A stretch of DNA of 60,654 nucleotides, filler included, from Dugesia japonica (GCA_001938525.1; 6 parts of 6 records of this genome joined end to end with filler, not necessarily neighbours in it), one strand, 5' to 3'. Numbered from the whole stretch's first letter, positions 38,370 through 53,110 are shown. Notes: a model not told the origin generated them from the sequence alone. A program made the numbers and translations.

Positions 38370-38940
38370 AATTAGCCAATGAGTACAGTGTATTACAGTA
38401 AGCAAATGAGTACAGTAACTCAATATAATAGAGTAAAACCAATGGATATAGTAAGCAAATGAGTATAATAAACCAATGTAATACAGTAAACCAATATGTT
38501 ACAGTAAAATAGTGTGTAACAGTAAAACCGATGGTTACAGTAAAGACAATATGTTACATTAAAACCATTGTAATATAGTAAAGTCAATGAACACCGCACA
38601 TAGTACCTGATCAAATCAAATTGTTAAAATTAATTATTCGACTTATTACTAACTTCTCTAATTAATCTACAATCATTCATACATTATTTTCATTAAGTGA
38701 TGCGTAAATTACCACCACCTATGAATACAATGTTCACATATTCTAGCAAATTGTCACCAACTATTTGAAAATTTTAACCATCCTGTGACAAATTACAACT
38801 ACCTATGAATCAATTGTAGACATCTATAGGCAAATTATCACCACATATGTGTAAAATATATTAAAGTATGTACAAACCGTTGAAAGCTATGAGTAAAGTG
38901 CAACTTACTATGTGTAAATACAACCACATACGTATCAATT
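38370..38940. repeat. Two adjacent degenerate minisatellites (cores CAGTAAAxCAATG and AAATTACCACCACCTATG)
   Basis: Visible periodicity at 38370-38610 and 38700-38940. Confidence 0.7.
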
Positions 38941-39407
38941 AAGACATTAGTTTGAAATTTTAAGTCTAAATTTTATTTGTATTACTTGATTTTTATAATT
39001 TTCTATAGATATACACAAAATATATATTGAGTCCATAAAAAATGTATAGACCCGTAATTACAGCATAGACTTATTTCATTAAGATTTATTAAATATTCAT
39101 TTATTTCAGTAAAATTAGTTAAATTTAATTAATTTCACTAAATTTCATCGATAATGATAGGTTTAATAGATTTATAGTATTCATTAAATATGCTCTATTG
39201 TCTATGTATCGTAGAGTTTAACAGTTGCATTTAAACTGTAAACCAGTGGTTATAGTAAAATAATAGAAAATAATGTAATAATATAGACAAATTTTATTAA
39301 TATAATTACAATTGTTGTCTGAATATTTGTTGGAGTTAACCATTGATCGTATTTGAGATTTCATTAAAATTGAGAAAAAGCTTCGATCAAAATATATTTG
39401 TAAAGAA

Positions 39408-39441
39408 ATTCATATTTTCGACAATTGTCTTCTTCAGGAAT
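39408..39441 (-). ncRNA. Minimal hammerhead ribozyme copy
   Basis: The - strand reads ATTC-CTGAAGA-AGACAATTGTC-GAAA-ATAT-GAAT. Confidence 0.7.
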
Positions 39442-39525
39442 GACGACTTTCTGATAATTCAAAGGACAATAGATCTCTGCTACACAATTCTCTATATTTT
39501 ATCTAAATTTTATTGGTTTATTTAA

Positions 39526-39757
39526 CCCTTTCGCAATGACTTTCTGCTGATGACACTAAACTAAATTTATATATTGGAACTTGTTAATATTGACCTAAAT
39601 ATGAAAAATTCTCATTTTTTAATCGTGGCTCTTCTGAATGTCCTAGAATGTCCTGGGATAATAGGTCGCATAAGGGTTTTATAGACTATTTGAAAATATC
39701 CCAGTAGGATCATAATGAAAGTTTCTGGGACGTATTGTCCCAATAGGGGCAAACTGG
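39526..39757. mobile_element. TTAA-flanked piggyBac-type MITE (putative)
   Basis: TTAA-CCC...GG-TTAA. It starts where similarity to the repeat copy at 25350-25455 stops. Confidence 0.5.
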
Positions 39758-40139
39758 TTAAAGTATACTGTTTTTATTTTAAAATTAAATCTCAAAAAAT
39801 TTTTATTTATTAATATTCAAATATTACAATATTAAAACTCTAACTTTTCACTAATTCTTTCAACATTTTTAAATTATTTTAATCATTGAACGTCTTTGAA
39901 AAAAATGTTTTATTTATTTTAAAATTATTTAAAATTATTTATTTTGAAATTATTTAAAATTATTTACGTTAAAATTATTTCAAATTATTTATTTTAAAAA
40001 TTTTTTTAAATTATTTATTTATTATTATTTATTAAATTATATATTTATATTAACTTATTGAAATTATTGACAATCTTGATAATTCTAGTTATTGAAAGAA
40101 AAAAATTCTAATTATTGTAATTATTGAAAATCACGTTTA

Positions 40140-40560
40140 TCTTAGGTTTCTCCTCTTTAATTAATATTTGTTCATGTTTTTTTCTGTGAAGTGTAGAAAT
40201 GTAGCCTATTCCTAATGTTTAAATATAATTCTTGTTAAATATAATGTTAAATATAATTCTTGTATTGTGTTTGAGTTTCGATTTTTTCATTATATTTTGC
40301 ATGATTTGGCTACATTTCTCATAAATTTAATTACTGTGTTTGTCTTTTGTTTGATTTTATTAAATTTGGAATTCGAGGATAGATATTTAGATATAATTCT
40401 ATTTGGATAACCATTATTTAGAAATTTATTTTTTTTCAACCTGAGGGAAGTTAGTCTCATTTCTTCATTTGAAGATAGTCTTTCAGCTCTTATTCTTTCA
40501 CCCTTGATTATTTCAATTTTCTGTCTGATGTTAGTGTTGGGCTAGAACACTGATATTAAT
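40140..40560 (-). mobile_element. Penelope-like element fragment
   Basis: CATGATTTGGCTACATTTCTCAT is shared with 31721, and the translation resembles 52440-52520. Confidence 0.6.
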
Positions 40561-40659
40561 AAAAGTTGAGAGGGAGCAGGTTAGTTTATGATGTTTAGGA
40601 TTTTAGTCTGAATGTTGTGGAAAGATTATTTATTTTTGAATGGTCGATCATGGAATGTT

Positions 40660-41030
40660 TTGGTCGATCATTTCCTCGGGATTGGTAATTGTAGGTGGTT
40701 TTTATCCAAAGTTTCCTCGGTGAAGTTGAATAAGGTCAAATTTTGGTTGGTTCAGAAGAATTTAGTCGAATATTTTCTCGGAAATGGTTAATTTGGTTCA
40801 TTTTTTGGAGGATTAGGTCATTTTTTGTTGGTTCAGGTGAATTTGGTTACTTATCTCTTCGGGATTGGTTAGTTTGGGTAATTTTTAGGCGTTATTTCCT
40901 CGGGATTGGTAATTTTTGGGACATTTAGGTAAAAGTGGTTGAAATTTTCCTCGGTGAGTTCGAATAAGGTTGATTTTTGGTTGGTTCAGATGAATTTGGT
41001 TGACAAGTGGCACGGTGAGGTCGAATAAGA
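40660..41030. repeat. Composite repeat (TTTCCTCGG and TTGGTTGGTTCAG units)
   Basis: At least three recurrences of a higher-order unit. Confidence 0.7.
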
Positions 41031-43324
41031 TCCCAAATCTTGTCTGAGACTAAGGAAAATGATATAAACCCAAGATTATTTGACAATTTTTGAAAATATT
41101 TTCGTCTCAAATCGTAAAAAAAGATACACTATTTGACAGATAATGTTTATCTGATCAAGAAAAACATAACTTAAAATCATCAAACTTATTTTACAAATGA
41201 AATTTGAAATAACATAGTCAAAAATCTCGATTACGCTTATAATTTTCATCCAAATTTAATGATTCAAGTACAATTAGATAGAGAATTTTTTACTGATCAA
41301 GAATATATACGGTAGAAATTTTTCAAATTAAATTACTTTGAAAAAAGTTAAAATTTTTATTTCTCAATAGTTAATTAAAAATAAAAGGTATCTCAAATTT
41401 AATTAAAAACCAGTCTGTTTGATAGAGAATTTTACACTGATTACAAATATATTAACTTAAAATCACCAAACTTTATAAATAAAAAGTAATTTTGAATAAA
41501 ACAAGTACTTAATTTGAATGTTCTCAACGAATATAAAAATAAGATGATAATTTATTCGGTAAGGTCAATTTTGAGTGGTATTTTAGATGAAAATTCAATC
41601 TTCACCAGTCTTCAGCTATCAATGCTCTGTGATTTGACAATCAGATTTCAGACATTACAACTCTGCTAACTGTACACATCTCCTCAGGCATCAAAACGCT
41701 TATAACTGTGCACTAAATTTCAGTCATCGAAACTCGAATTATCAACGATTTTCTCACTCTTTGTGGGTTAGGGTTAATTTTATCTTTTACTAGTTTTCTT
41801 TCGCTATTTGATAATATTAATCAGTGGTAAATGTACTATTTAATCAAAAATTAATTATTTAACCTGTTCTGTATTTTTACTTGTAATTTTGATTACTTTA
41901 ATTAGATAATGCGTATTTTTAATTTGTGTTCTATTTTTTATCGTAAAAATTTAATTTATGTTAAATTTATAATAAGAATTTTTTCAAAAATTTGTAATTA
42001 TTTATTGAAAATATCTTTTATAATTGATTTAATAAATTAAGTATGATGAATTGATTAATTTTCAATGTGTAACTTGATTAAAACCATACTTTTGTAAGTA
42101 TATGTTTAATTGAGTTTTGAAAATTAATTAGATTTCACTTATATATTTTTATGTTTAAATTTTTTACGGTTAAATAAAAATTATAATAGAAAATGTTTAT
42201 TAATTATTGATGAAATTTTGAAATATTTTAAAATCAAATTAAATTTCGCATGTATTTTTTACAATTAATGTTTTCAATTAATGTTTAATTTATAATATAA
42301 AATTTTTATTAAGCATTGATTAATTAAAATAATTTCTAAACAATGATTTGAAATAACTCAAATAATTGATAAAATAGATTAAGTATGATGGATTTAATAA
42401 TTTTCAAATAATTATCAGTAAAANNNNATACAACTTGAATTTATGTGAAAACACATTAATTTTAGAAAATTATTTCAAATAAATAGTTAAAATTATGTTT
42501 TTTAAATAAGACTCGAGTATTGATAAAAATAAAAACTTAACTCAAATTTAAGCATCAAAGTAACTATTAGATAGAAAATCTAATGCTAAGTAAAAATAAC
42601 ATGTTTAAAAATCGCCAATCTTTAACCTTAATGAAATTAATTAATTTCAAACTTTAATTATAATAATTAAAATTTTTATTAAGCATTAGATAATTTGGAA
42701 TAATTTTAAATATTAATTGAAAGTTACTAAAATAATTGATTGAATAAATAATTTTCAAATAATTATGAGAAAAATATCTAAAACNTTAATTTAAAGTGTA
42801 AAATACAGCTACTTTAGACTTTTTAAAATAGTAAGTGAAATTTAAGCTTTTACAATTATAAAGATGAAAAGACCTTTACAATTTTTTATTTTCAATTACG
42901 ATATTACAATAAATAAGAATAAATTTAAAATTAAATTCTATGAATCAAATTAGTTACTCAAATCGTTATTGATTTGATTATAGTTTTTCTTTGAATAAAA
43001 TAACTTTGAAGGTTTAACTAATTAATTTTAAAAAATGTTTAAATGAATAAATTAATTGATTTTAAAGATTAATAATAGGTTTAATTGGATAAAATTTTAA
43101 TGAGTGAATGAATTTATGTTCCAAGTAGGTGATTAATTGATTAATTAAAACACATTAGAAATATATTGTTTAACAGATATTACTATATTNNNNNNNNNNN
43201 TTAATCGGTTTATTCGGGTTATTAGTTGTAAAGTATACATATATTCAGTGGGAATAATAGAGTTGACTATATGAAATAGGCGATGAACAGATTTAACCAT
43301 TAACTGAATAATTAATAGGTAAAT

Positions 43325-43625
43325 AATGACAGAGAGTATTGTGTATGTTAACACTTGATTATAGTGAGAACTGTATATGTTAATAGCGGTTGATAGCGAG
43401 TATTTTGTAGGTTAATACTTACTGATAGCGAGTATTGTGTATATTAACACTTGATTATAGTGAGAATTGTATATGTGTATAGCTGTTGATAGCGATCATT
43501 GTGTATATTAATACTCTTTTAGTATTATGTATTAATACTTAACGATAGCAAGTATTGTATATGTTAAGATGTGTTGATAGCGAATATTATGTATGTTAAA
43601 ACTTGGTGATAGCGAGAGTTGTGTG
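43325..43625. repeat. Minisatellite of about 30 bp (GATAGCGAGTATTGTGTATGTTAAYACTT)
   Basis: About ten degenerate units. Confidence 0.85.
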
Positions 43626-45529
43626 CTATGACTTAAATCTTATGATAACTAATATTATACTGAGTATGATTAATAGGTGACTAATGTACATTAGTTAGGA
43701 TTAACCTATATTTTCAAAGGATTTTATTATATTAAGGTAACAATTTGTGAATGATTGACTGAATTATTTGGTTTGATTGATAGTACAACCAAAGCACAAT
43801 TGATTGAGTGAAAAATTGGTAGATTGTATATAATCACTTGTCAGTATTAGAGTCATTATTACAGAAAAGTTTATGTAAATTTTAACTAATTTTAGAAAAG
43901 TTTGTGGAAATTTTTCAATGATGATTAAAAAGTTCCTGTAAATCTTAACCAGCTTTAGTCTTGTTCATTTTTCTAACTTAAAGCAAACTTATTGAAAATG
44001 AAATGAAACGTAGTTTGAATAAGAAATAGTAGAATAAGCATTATTTGTCTGTCCTTGTGTTGGTCTAAGTGTTGAAATATTAATAAATCCTAATGTAGTG
44101 TATTGAATATATCNAATTTAATGGTCTTATATTCAATGATAAAACCAAAGTTTTCATTATAAAACTCATATTTTATTTTTAAAATCCGCATTTTCATGAT
44201 AAAACCCTGTTTTTCATTAATGAAATCATAAATTTATCAATTGAAACTAATATTTTTGATGTTGAGATCAATTTTTTTAATATTAAGATCAGTATTTTCT
44301 AAGTTGAATTATTATTTTCTAACATTGTATTTGAATATTGGCTATCAAATTGAAAAAGGGAACCCATAAAACTAAAGAGCAAGCAGGATTGATAAGGAGC
44401 AAGCAAAGAAGCAGAAGGATAATCAGATGATTGACATATACTGAAATAGTTATATTATTTTATCAAAAAGCATATCATACTAGGTTTCACTAAGTCTTAT
44501 TGTTTTGTTTTTATCAATATATGACACTTTTTAAAGATTATTGAAGCGAGGTCTATAAAAATATGCATTAAAATCAAATGGAAAATAATGAAAATATGGT
44601 TAAATATAACTAAATAGTGGAAAATGATGGCAAATTGTGGAAAATAAGGATAAATATAGTTAAATGTAAGTAAAAATGTAAATCAGGAAAATATAGGGTA
44701 AATGATCGAAAATGACTAAAGTATAGGCAATGGTGGGAAAATAAGTCAAAATTGATAAAAGTAGACAAATTAAGCATATTAAATGACTATGTATAGAATA
44801 AATGGAGTATAATTAGTGACTAGATTAAATCTATTAAATATTTTCTATGTCAAAAATCAAATTTTCTAATCCTAAATCTTGTATTTTCTATGGTAAGTCA
44901 ATCATTTTTTCTATGATGAAACTCATATTTTCCATGTCAAAACCATATATTAATGTTTACGTTATATTCAAAGGTTTGATTTGACCAAATCTGTCACTGA
45001 TAATTAGGTATTTAAAAGAAAATGAAACCCACGAAAACCAAAAAGCAAGCGAAGAAACCAATGTGCAAGCAGGGCTCAGATGAGAAGCAAGCAAATAGCG
45101 AAGAATTTTATAGAATGGAATATCTATATTTCACAAGATAAACCTATTATTGTCATGTTGAAACCTATATTGAACTCAAAATTTAATGGACTTATTCCTT
45201 TATCCAATAAAGTAAACCATGATTTATTATTATCATTTGAAATTTAATATATTAATATAAAGAAAATTTAGGAAAATCCAGCAAAATATGGGAAATTGAG
45301 AAAACTGTAGGAAAATCTAGTCAAATCGGCTATAATAGGGTAAATAGAGTAAAGAAGGGGTAAAATATGATTAACAAGGGAAAATATGGTAAAATAGGGG
45401 TTAATGAAGTTAACATAGAGTTAAAACACGAATAAAATATGGTAAAAACCGGGATAAATAATGATGAAATAGGGTTAAATAATGAATATTTGTCAAATAA
45501 AAAATTAAAATAAAAAAACAGAGAACAAA

Positions 45530-46750
45530 TATTTTATGCCATAAATTACAAGGTAGACCAAGTGCTACTGTATCAATTCAAGGAAATAAAGTGGAATATC
45601 GTTTAGATANATGGACTCAAATTAACATAATGCGTTTGAGTTGTTTTAATAAATTATGAGAACTACTTTTAGAAAAAAGTAATAAAAGGTTATGTTGTAC
45701 AAACCATGGTACACTTGACATTGTTGGGAAAGTTAGAACTGGAATGACAATTCATGATGTTTACAAAGAGATTACTTTTTTAGTTGCAGAAAGAGTGACA
45801 CCAGATTTGATTGGAAGAATAGATATGCATAAGATTATTGGAATACCAGTTTGTATAAAAGATATATAGTAAAACATATGAAAAGCCAAAAATTACGTTT
45901 GTAATATTGAAGCAAAATTTGGGAGACAAATTAAAAAGGGAGAGCAATTGACAAGAGCTTTAAGTATTCTGAAGATTAATAACGATAAACGGTTATTGAA
46001 AATAATTCAAAATAAAAAAGTTGTTTTTGTGGCAGATAAATGGGTGTAGGATTCACATATCTGACAAAACACAAAATAACTACAACTGGTGAATCAATCA
46101 ACGTAAAACCGTACTAGCAATCAATCAACTCATAAGCTATAATTGAATAAGCTGTCAAAAACAGTTTTGAGAATAATATTATCCAGAATTGCAACTCTCA
46201 TATATCAGTTTATTCTAAGCGAAATCAAATTTATTTGGCACATAATAAGCAGAAATGGTGTTAAAACTGATCCGTCTAATATAGAAGCAATACGAGCATT
46301 TGGCAAGCATAATTGTGTCAAGACATTACGAGGATTCTTAGGAATTTCTTATGGCTACAAGAAGTTTGTAGAAAACAACGCAAGGAAATCAAAGATCTTA
46401 GAACAGTTGTATAGCGGGCCAAGCAACATAAATTTAGAATCGACAGATGGAATAAACGATACTTCTGATGGTCTTAAGAAATCTTTAATGACTGCGTCAA
46501 TATTGTGTTTTCCAGAGAAAAACATAGAATTTTATATTATATATAATACATTTTAAGAAATATTTAATAAGAAATGCATTCTAGGAATAATATACCAGTT
46601 CAGTAAATATCTGGTTCTTATAGCAATGCCTAGACAAGACGAAGAAACTATACAAAAGCTATTTTTAGAAGTGAATATTGAGATTTGAATTCCCAAAATG
46701 ATCTGATAATAATCGATATTATAACAAAATGCTCAAAACAGAATTAGTAA
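45530..46750 (+). mobile_element. Ty3/Gypsy pol relic (protease, RT, RNase H and integrase pieces)
   Basis: FLVAERVTPDLIG; TKHKITTTG; IKFIWHIISRNGVKTDP; LRGFLG; MPRQDEETI. Confidence 0.85.
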
Positions 46751-49298
46751 GGTTCTAAGACTATGTCGGGTGATTATAGATTATGGCAAACATTTTAAAT
46801 CACGATGACTTCTAGAATATAGCGATTAGAAAATGGAGGTTTGTATCAGTTATATACCAGTTATTCTATTTCGCAATTTTTTCGAAATAACTATGTAAAA
46901 CATTCAAAAAAATTTTTAATATAAATAATATTATAAAGAAATTTGAAAAAGAAAATTCTTTATATAAAATTTTCTTTTTTATATCAGAAAATATTTACCA
47001 ACAAAAGAAAATTTCAAAAATATATTCAGTAGTTTAACTTTTCAATTTTTATCAAAATAAATATAAACAAACAATAAGAACTCTTTTGTTTCTATTTTGG
47101 CACTGATATATTAAAAAGAAAACTTTCTTTTTCAAAAGAATTTTAATGTTTTTTACAGTTTCATTAAAAAAAATCGAAACACTTTCTTTTGTTACGAATA
47201 AAGTTCACTTGTTATTAATATAGATTTTTTGTGATTTTAACTCGCAGTATTTCAGTTTTCAAATTGCAACATTATTCAGATTATTCAGGTTAGATTATTC
47301 AGTCATATTATTCAAACAAACACTTAAGTAATTATACTGATCGCTCACAATTCCCGAAAAAGATAAATTCGAAAATTTCGAAAAAATAAAAAACGTTTTT
47401 TGAAAAATTTTTTGTTACTTTAATAAAAAGTTTAAAAAAGAAACATTTTTTTGAAACTATTTTGATTTACTCGTAATTTTGAAAATATTTAAAATTTTTT
47501 TTATTAGATTACTATTATAAAAATTCAAAACTTTTAAAATCTTTTAAAAACAAATAGTTAAAATTTTATGAAATTAGAAACCTAAATTATAAAAACCAAA
47601 ATCCAAATTTAAATCTAAAAATTCATTAATTTAGACGAAAAAGTTATCTGCTTGTAATATGAAATCTAATACATCACTCTTTCCCAATTTTTTTAAAACT
47701 GTTTAGATAAAATTTTCAGATTGTATTTTTAACATCAAATTTATAAATACCAAATAACTTCCTACGATTAAAAAATATTTTATGTTCTGTGAGTCAATTT
47801 AATTAGGAACTGAATTATTAGACAAAACGTAGCCATCTTAATGCACATATAAAAGCAAAATTAATTGTTTACTTCATACAAGACTGATCTCCAACACTAA
47901 ACTAAAAATTAGATTTTTATCTAATTAGATTTAAACTAAAAATTAGATTTAATTAAATTAAAAGGTTTGATTAAAATAAAACTAAACTAAAAATTAAACT
48001 AAAATTAGATTAAACTAAAAATTTAATTTTAGTTAGATTAAAATTAAACTAAAAATTAGATTTTATTAAATTAAAAGGTTTGATTAAAATATTGTTTTTG
48101 TATTTTTATTATTTATTATTTTAGTTTTTGATATTATTTCAAATTTTTGAGTTTTTATTCGTCAGAAACTGAAAAAAGGAAAACACAAAAAAAAAGTCTA
48201 AAAATTCGAAATGCTATCAAGAACTAAAAAAACCCTAAATATACATAATAAGAAAAACAATATTTTGATCGAAGCCTTTAATTTATTAAAATCTCAAATA
48301 CGACCAATTATGCTTTCAATAATTGTAATGGTAAAAATAAGTTTTTAATAATGTTGCGGAACACAAAAATAAATCTAATGCACATATTAGATTTTGTAAT
48401 TTTAAAATTTTGTCTGAAGAATTTAAAAATCATTGTGATTCTTGTATGAAGCTTTAATGATTAGATTTCATAATCCAAGCATTAATGTACTGACAACTCT
48501 TTCAACTGAATTAATAAAAAATCTTTAGATTTATATTTAATTTATCGAGGATAAAAAAATGTATATTTGCATCACCACCATCAAATCAAATTAAATACAA
48601 CGAAATGTCACCTTATTGATATTTTATATTCGATTTGCTGGATTTTTCTAGAGAAATTATCTTTAATAAATTAATTATGTTGAGGAATGGTTTATAATTG
48701 TATTTTGCTGTTTGTTTTAATTTCTTTCCGGTACTAAATTTCCAGCATATTGATTTTCTAAAAAATAGGCCTTTTTGTTAACAAATTATTTTTTTTATTT
48801 TTCGTAAAAAACAGAAATAGTAAAAAATATTTGAATTGATATAAAACACCATATTAAATTTGTTTAAATGATTGAATGACATGTTAATTTTTTTGAAATT
48901 TTATTTATTTAATTGATTTTATTTTTGACATTGTTTTAATTTTAAAAGATATTTTAATTATAAAGTTTAATGAAATAATTTATCAATTTTCTTTAACATA
49001 TTTTTTGATTTAAAATCGGATAAAAAAGAAAAATTTTTAAACGTTAAAATATTAAAATAATCTTTTACAATTACAATTATTGTTGAAAGAAGACAGTAGT
49101 CGAAAATCAGGAAAACTACCAAAAAAAGATAAAAAAAGAAGAAAACCACATTTTGATCAAAGCTCTTAATTTAATGAAACTACTGTTTATTTAATTATTC
49201 GAAAAAAGAGAGCATGTAATAATTTATAGAAGGAAATGTGTTATAAATATGTAAAAAAAACAATAGAAAATATTTGATAAAAAATAAATAACCTCATT

Positions 49299-49710
49299 TA
49301 TAGGGTATTTAGAAAAAAATGATCGTTTTTAAATTTTAAATATGTACAAATATTTCGAATTAAAATTGTGTTTAATTAATTGAATAGGTAAGCGTAACAT
49401 ATTTGTTTTATAAATTAATTTCAGATTATTATGATATGCACAAAAGATAAAATTTATTTCTTAATTGAAACTCTTAGACGTAAAAACATGAAGCCTTGTG
49501 AGGTTTATGAGATCCTTCATAAAGCATGGCTGAAGGAATATATAAGTGTTATTCAAATTAGAAGACTTGTAAGGCAATTTCATAATGGAGAAAGACAAAG
49601 ATTTCAGCGTCAGAAAGGAAGTGGAAGAAAATAAAGCGAAGAACGTTTACTTAACATTGATAATGTTAAAATGTGTATAGAAGAATATGGTAATATGACT
49701 ATTGACGAGC
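49299..49710 (+). mobile_element. Tc1/mariner 5' fragment (HTH domain)
   Basis: TA-TAGGGT terminus-like sequence; ORF 49431..49634 has EVYEILHKAW...RQFHNGE...KGSGRK. Confidence 0.75.
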
Positions 49711-51359
49711 CTATATGTAAGAATGGTCTTCTTTTGTTTATCAAAATATTACTCAGTAGCTTAATGTTGTTATAATAATATCTTTTTATCAAATCTAGCG
49801 ACAATTTCTGTATTAAATATTATTACCAATAAGGCTTTATCATCATCACTCTTTTCAATATCATTGTTATTTATGTCTATTATCTGATTGTTGTAAAGTC
49901 ATCTCATATTATTATTATTACTATTATTATTATTGAATTACGAAAGAATGAATGGCAGACTATTGAGATTCAGCTTCTCAAAGAATAATAGAAATAATTA
50001 TGTCATTTAGATCGATAGATTTACTATTTTTAAGTAAACCAATTCAGAGCTCGTCACCAATAAACAAGTTTGAAAGGGTGACATGTGATAATTATAAAAA
50101 TATTTATGGATAAAAATATTGTTCTCTTTATTTATTAGTAATAGGATTTGGCCTCACTGACACAACAAGACTATCATGCCACTCTTTCACTCCTCTTTCC
50201 CTTGTGACGTAACTTAATCCTGTTGTATAATGAGATTATTTACTTATTTTAATTATGTAATGATAACATCTAGTAAATTCTATGTAATTAATCTGAAATT
50301 TGATCTTTGAATTAATTCGTAATGGATTTTTACGGAAATTTAGTGAAAATTAATATTTTTGTTTAAATTATTAAAATTTTAAATTTTAAATTCGAAGTAT
50401 TTTAAAAATTTATTGAATCTAATATCAATCGATAGAAAATTTTACGTTGGGTAAGAATATTATTATCTAAAATCGCTAAAACCTATCCTTAATGAAATAA
50501 ATTGAAAAAACTAACTCTTAATATTGGTTACTCTCCCGGATAATCAGTTGTTCTAAAGTGCGCTGTACTTGTTAAATCTTTTATTATTTTCACGAGAAAA
50601 CCATTATTTTCTACAGTAAAACAATAATGTTACACGATTTAGGTTTAATTTTCCCTCAGTAAAACGATAATAAAATATACATTAAGAACAATTATTCATT
50701 GTTTAGTTTCCTTAACATATTCAATAACTTAATAAGTCTTTTATTTTACTTAATATTCATAATATAGTCCAAATAAATGATTTCTTTATCAATTCGTAAA
50801 AACGGTTTTCTCAATATTTTAAATTAACAACCAAATTCGTTTAGTTATTCATTATATTACCCCACAAATTTTTATCGTATTATTTTCATATATCATCTGG
50901 AATAATTCCAAGAAAAATCTAAAAAAATAGAAGTTTAATTACAAAAGGAAGTTATGATAATATTGATTTACGGTTTGTTTGTGAGTATCAAATCTGTTTT
51001 TCTTTATTTTTTTCATTTCAGCAGCTGGATAAATTTTATAAAAAATTAATTTGAAGAAAAAATAGGTTTTTATCATCGATTTAGTTTAATGGAATGTATT
51101 AAAATCATATTATATGTTGTATAAAATTTGAATGAAAGAAAGATATTGAAATGACCAAAGAATCGAAGTAGAAAGAGAGAGAGAGAGAATATTGATGTCC
51201 AATAATCAAAGTGAAAAGATGAAATAATTGATTTTAGAAAGTATAATTAGGAAAAACTTTATTTTAGTTATGTGATAATTTATTCAATACAAATAATAAG
51301 TTTTCTTTTAATAACTGCTTTTTAGAATGAATATAAATCAATAAATATTTAATAATAAT

Positions 51360-51416
<57 letters not shown>

Positions 51417-52050
51417 NNNNNNNNNNNNNNNNNNNNNNNNNNNNNNNNNNNNNNNNNNNNNNNNNNNNNNNNNNNNNNNNNNNNNNNNNNNNNNNNNNNN
51501 NNNNNNNNNNNNNNNNNNNNNNNNNNNNNNNNNNNNNNNNNNNNNNNNNNNNNNNNNNNNNNNNNNNNNNNNNNNNNNNNNNNNNNNNNNNATATTAATA
51601 TAAAAATTGCAATATAATATTATCCAAATAATTTACCAAATTATTATTGTTATTCTATTTATTGTATGCATAATTCATATGAAATATCTACAATCGATAT
51701 ATTCATTCGAGTATGACAATATTAAATTTTACTTTCGGTTCCTTAAACATTATAATTTTGAAATTATTATTTTTTCAAAATTCATTAAAAAAACGGTTTT
51801 TAAATTGTTTTTTAGTAAATTTAGTATAACAGTTTTTGTGGAATTTTTGTCATTCAAACGAAATATGCTTGTAAATTCGCAGGAAATTCCAAATGGTTTA
51901 TGTTATTTTAACAATCAATAGTGCCCAACAATGAATTTCAATAGATAATANNNNNNNNNNNNNNNNNNNNNNNNNNNNNNNNNNNNNNNNNNNNTTAATT
52001 AATTAANNNNNNNNNNNNNNNNNNNNNNNNNNNNNNNNNNNNNNNNNNNN

Positions 52051-53110
52051 GAGAACATTTTAGAATTAGCCAACAGTATAAATGATAACATTAAATTCAC
52101 TTTAGAGAAATCAATTGACTTTTGGATTCTTTTTCTGGACACTTTAATCCAAAAGAAACCTGTTGATATATTAACCACCCAATTATATATGCAACCATTC
52201 CACATTGGACATAAATTACCTTATAGTAGTAATACTACCATCAGACAGAAAATTAGTATAATTAAAGGTGAAAGAATTCGATCTATCTTCAAATGATGAA
52301 ATGAAATTGATTTCTCTCAAGTTGATAAAAAATAAATTCTTTAATAACGGCTACCGAAATAAAATTATATCAAAATATTTATCTTTAAATACAAAACAAA
52401 ATAAAATCAAACCAAAAACAAACACAGTTATTAAATTACCTTTTATTAATGAGAAATTTAGCCAAATCATGCAAAACATAATAAAAAGTTCTTAACTCAA
52501 ACACAATCCAAGAATTATATTCTAAACGCAAGCAACTTTGGGTATCCAATTACAGAAACCAAGACAGAATTTTTGTGGTCCCAAATGCATTTGTGATGGT
52601 AGAAATATATGCAATAAGAAAAATGTCACTTATAAAAAAACATGCCCCATTTGTCAAGAAATATATATAGGTGAAACATGAAGAACCATCCGAACAAGAA
52701 ATAAAGAATATCTCAAACAAAAAAGTGAAGTCTTCAAACACTTTCAACACAAACCTCAAATTTCACCAGAACAACATCACTTAACATGGAAAACACTAGG
52801 AACAGGCTACATTTCTACACTTCGTAGAAAAAACCATGAACAATTACTAATTAAAGAAGACAATCCTAAAATCAATGTAATTTATCAATGTAATAATTAA
52901 AATTTTAAAAAAAATTAAAATTAACCAATTAAAATTTAGTAAAAATAAATTAATCCAAATANAATTACTATTGCAAAATTAATTATTTAATGAATCAAAA
53001 AGCCAATTCCTGAAGAAGACAAAGTCGAAATATAGAAGTATTATCAAAAACAAAGAAAACAAATTTTGATCTAAGATTTTATTTTAATGAATCTTAGTGA
53101 AATTAGGAAT
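52051..53110 (+). mobile_element. Penelope-like retroelement 3' part: RT C-terminus, GIY-YIG endonuclease and pLTR
   Basis: DFWIL; LPYSS; NNGY; KLPFIN; YKKTCPICQEIYIGET*RTIRTR; hammerhead downstream. Confidence 0.9.
53005..53040 (+). ncRNA. Minimal hammerhead ribozyme in the Penelope 3' pLTR
   Basis: TTC-CTGAAGA-AGACAAAGTC-GAAA-TATA-GAA. Confidence 0.82.
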
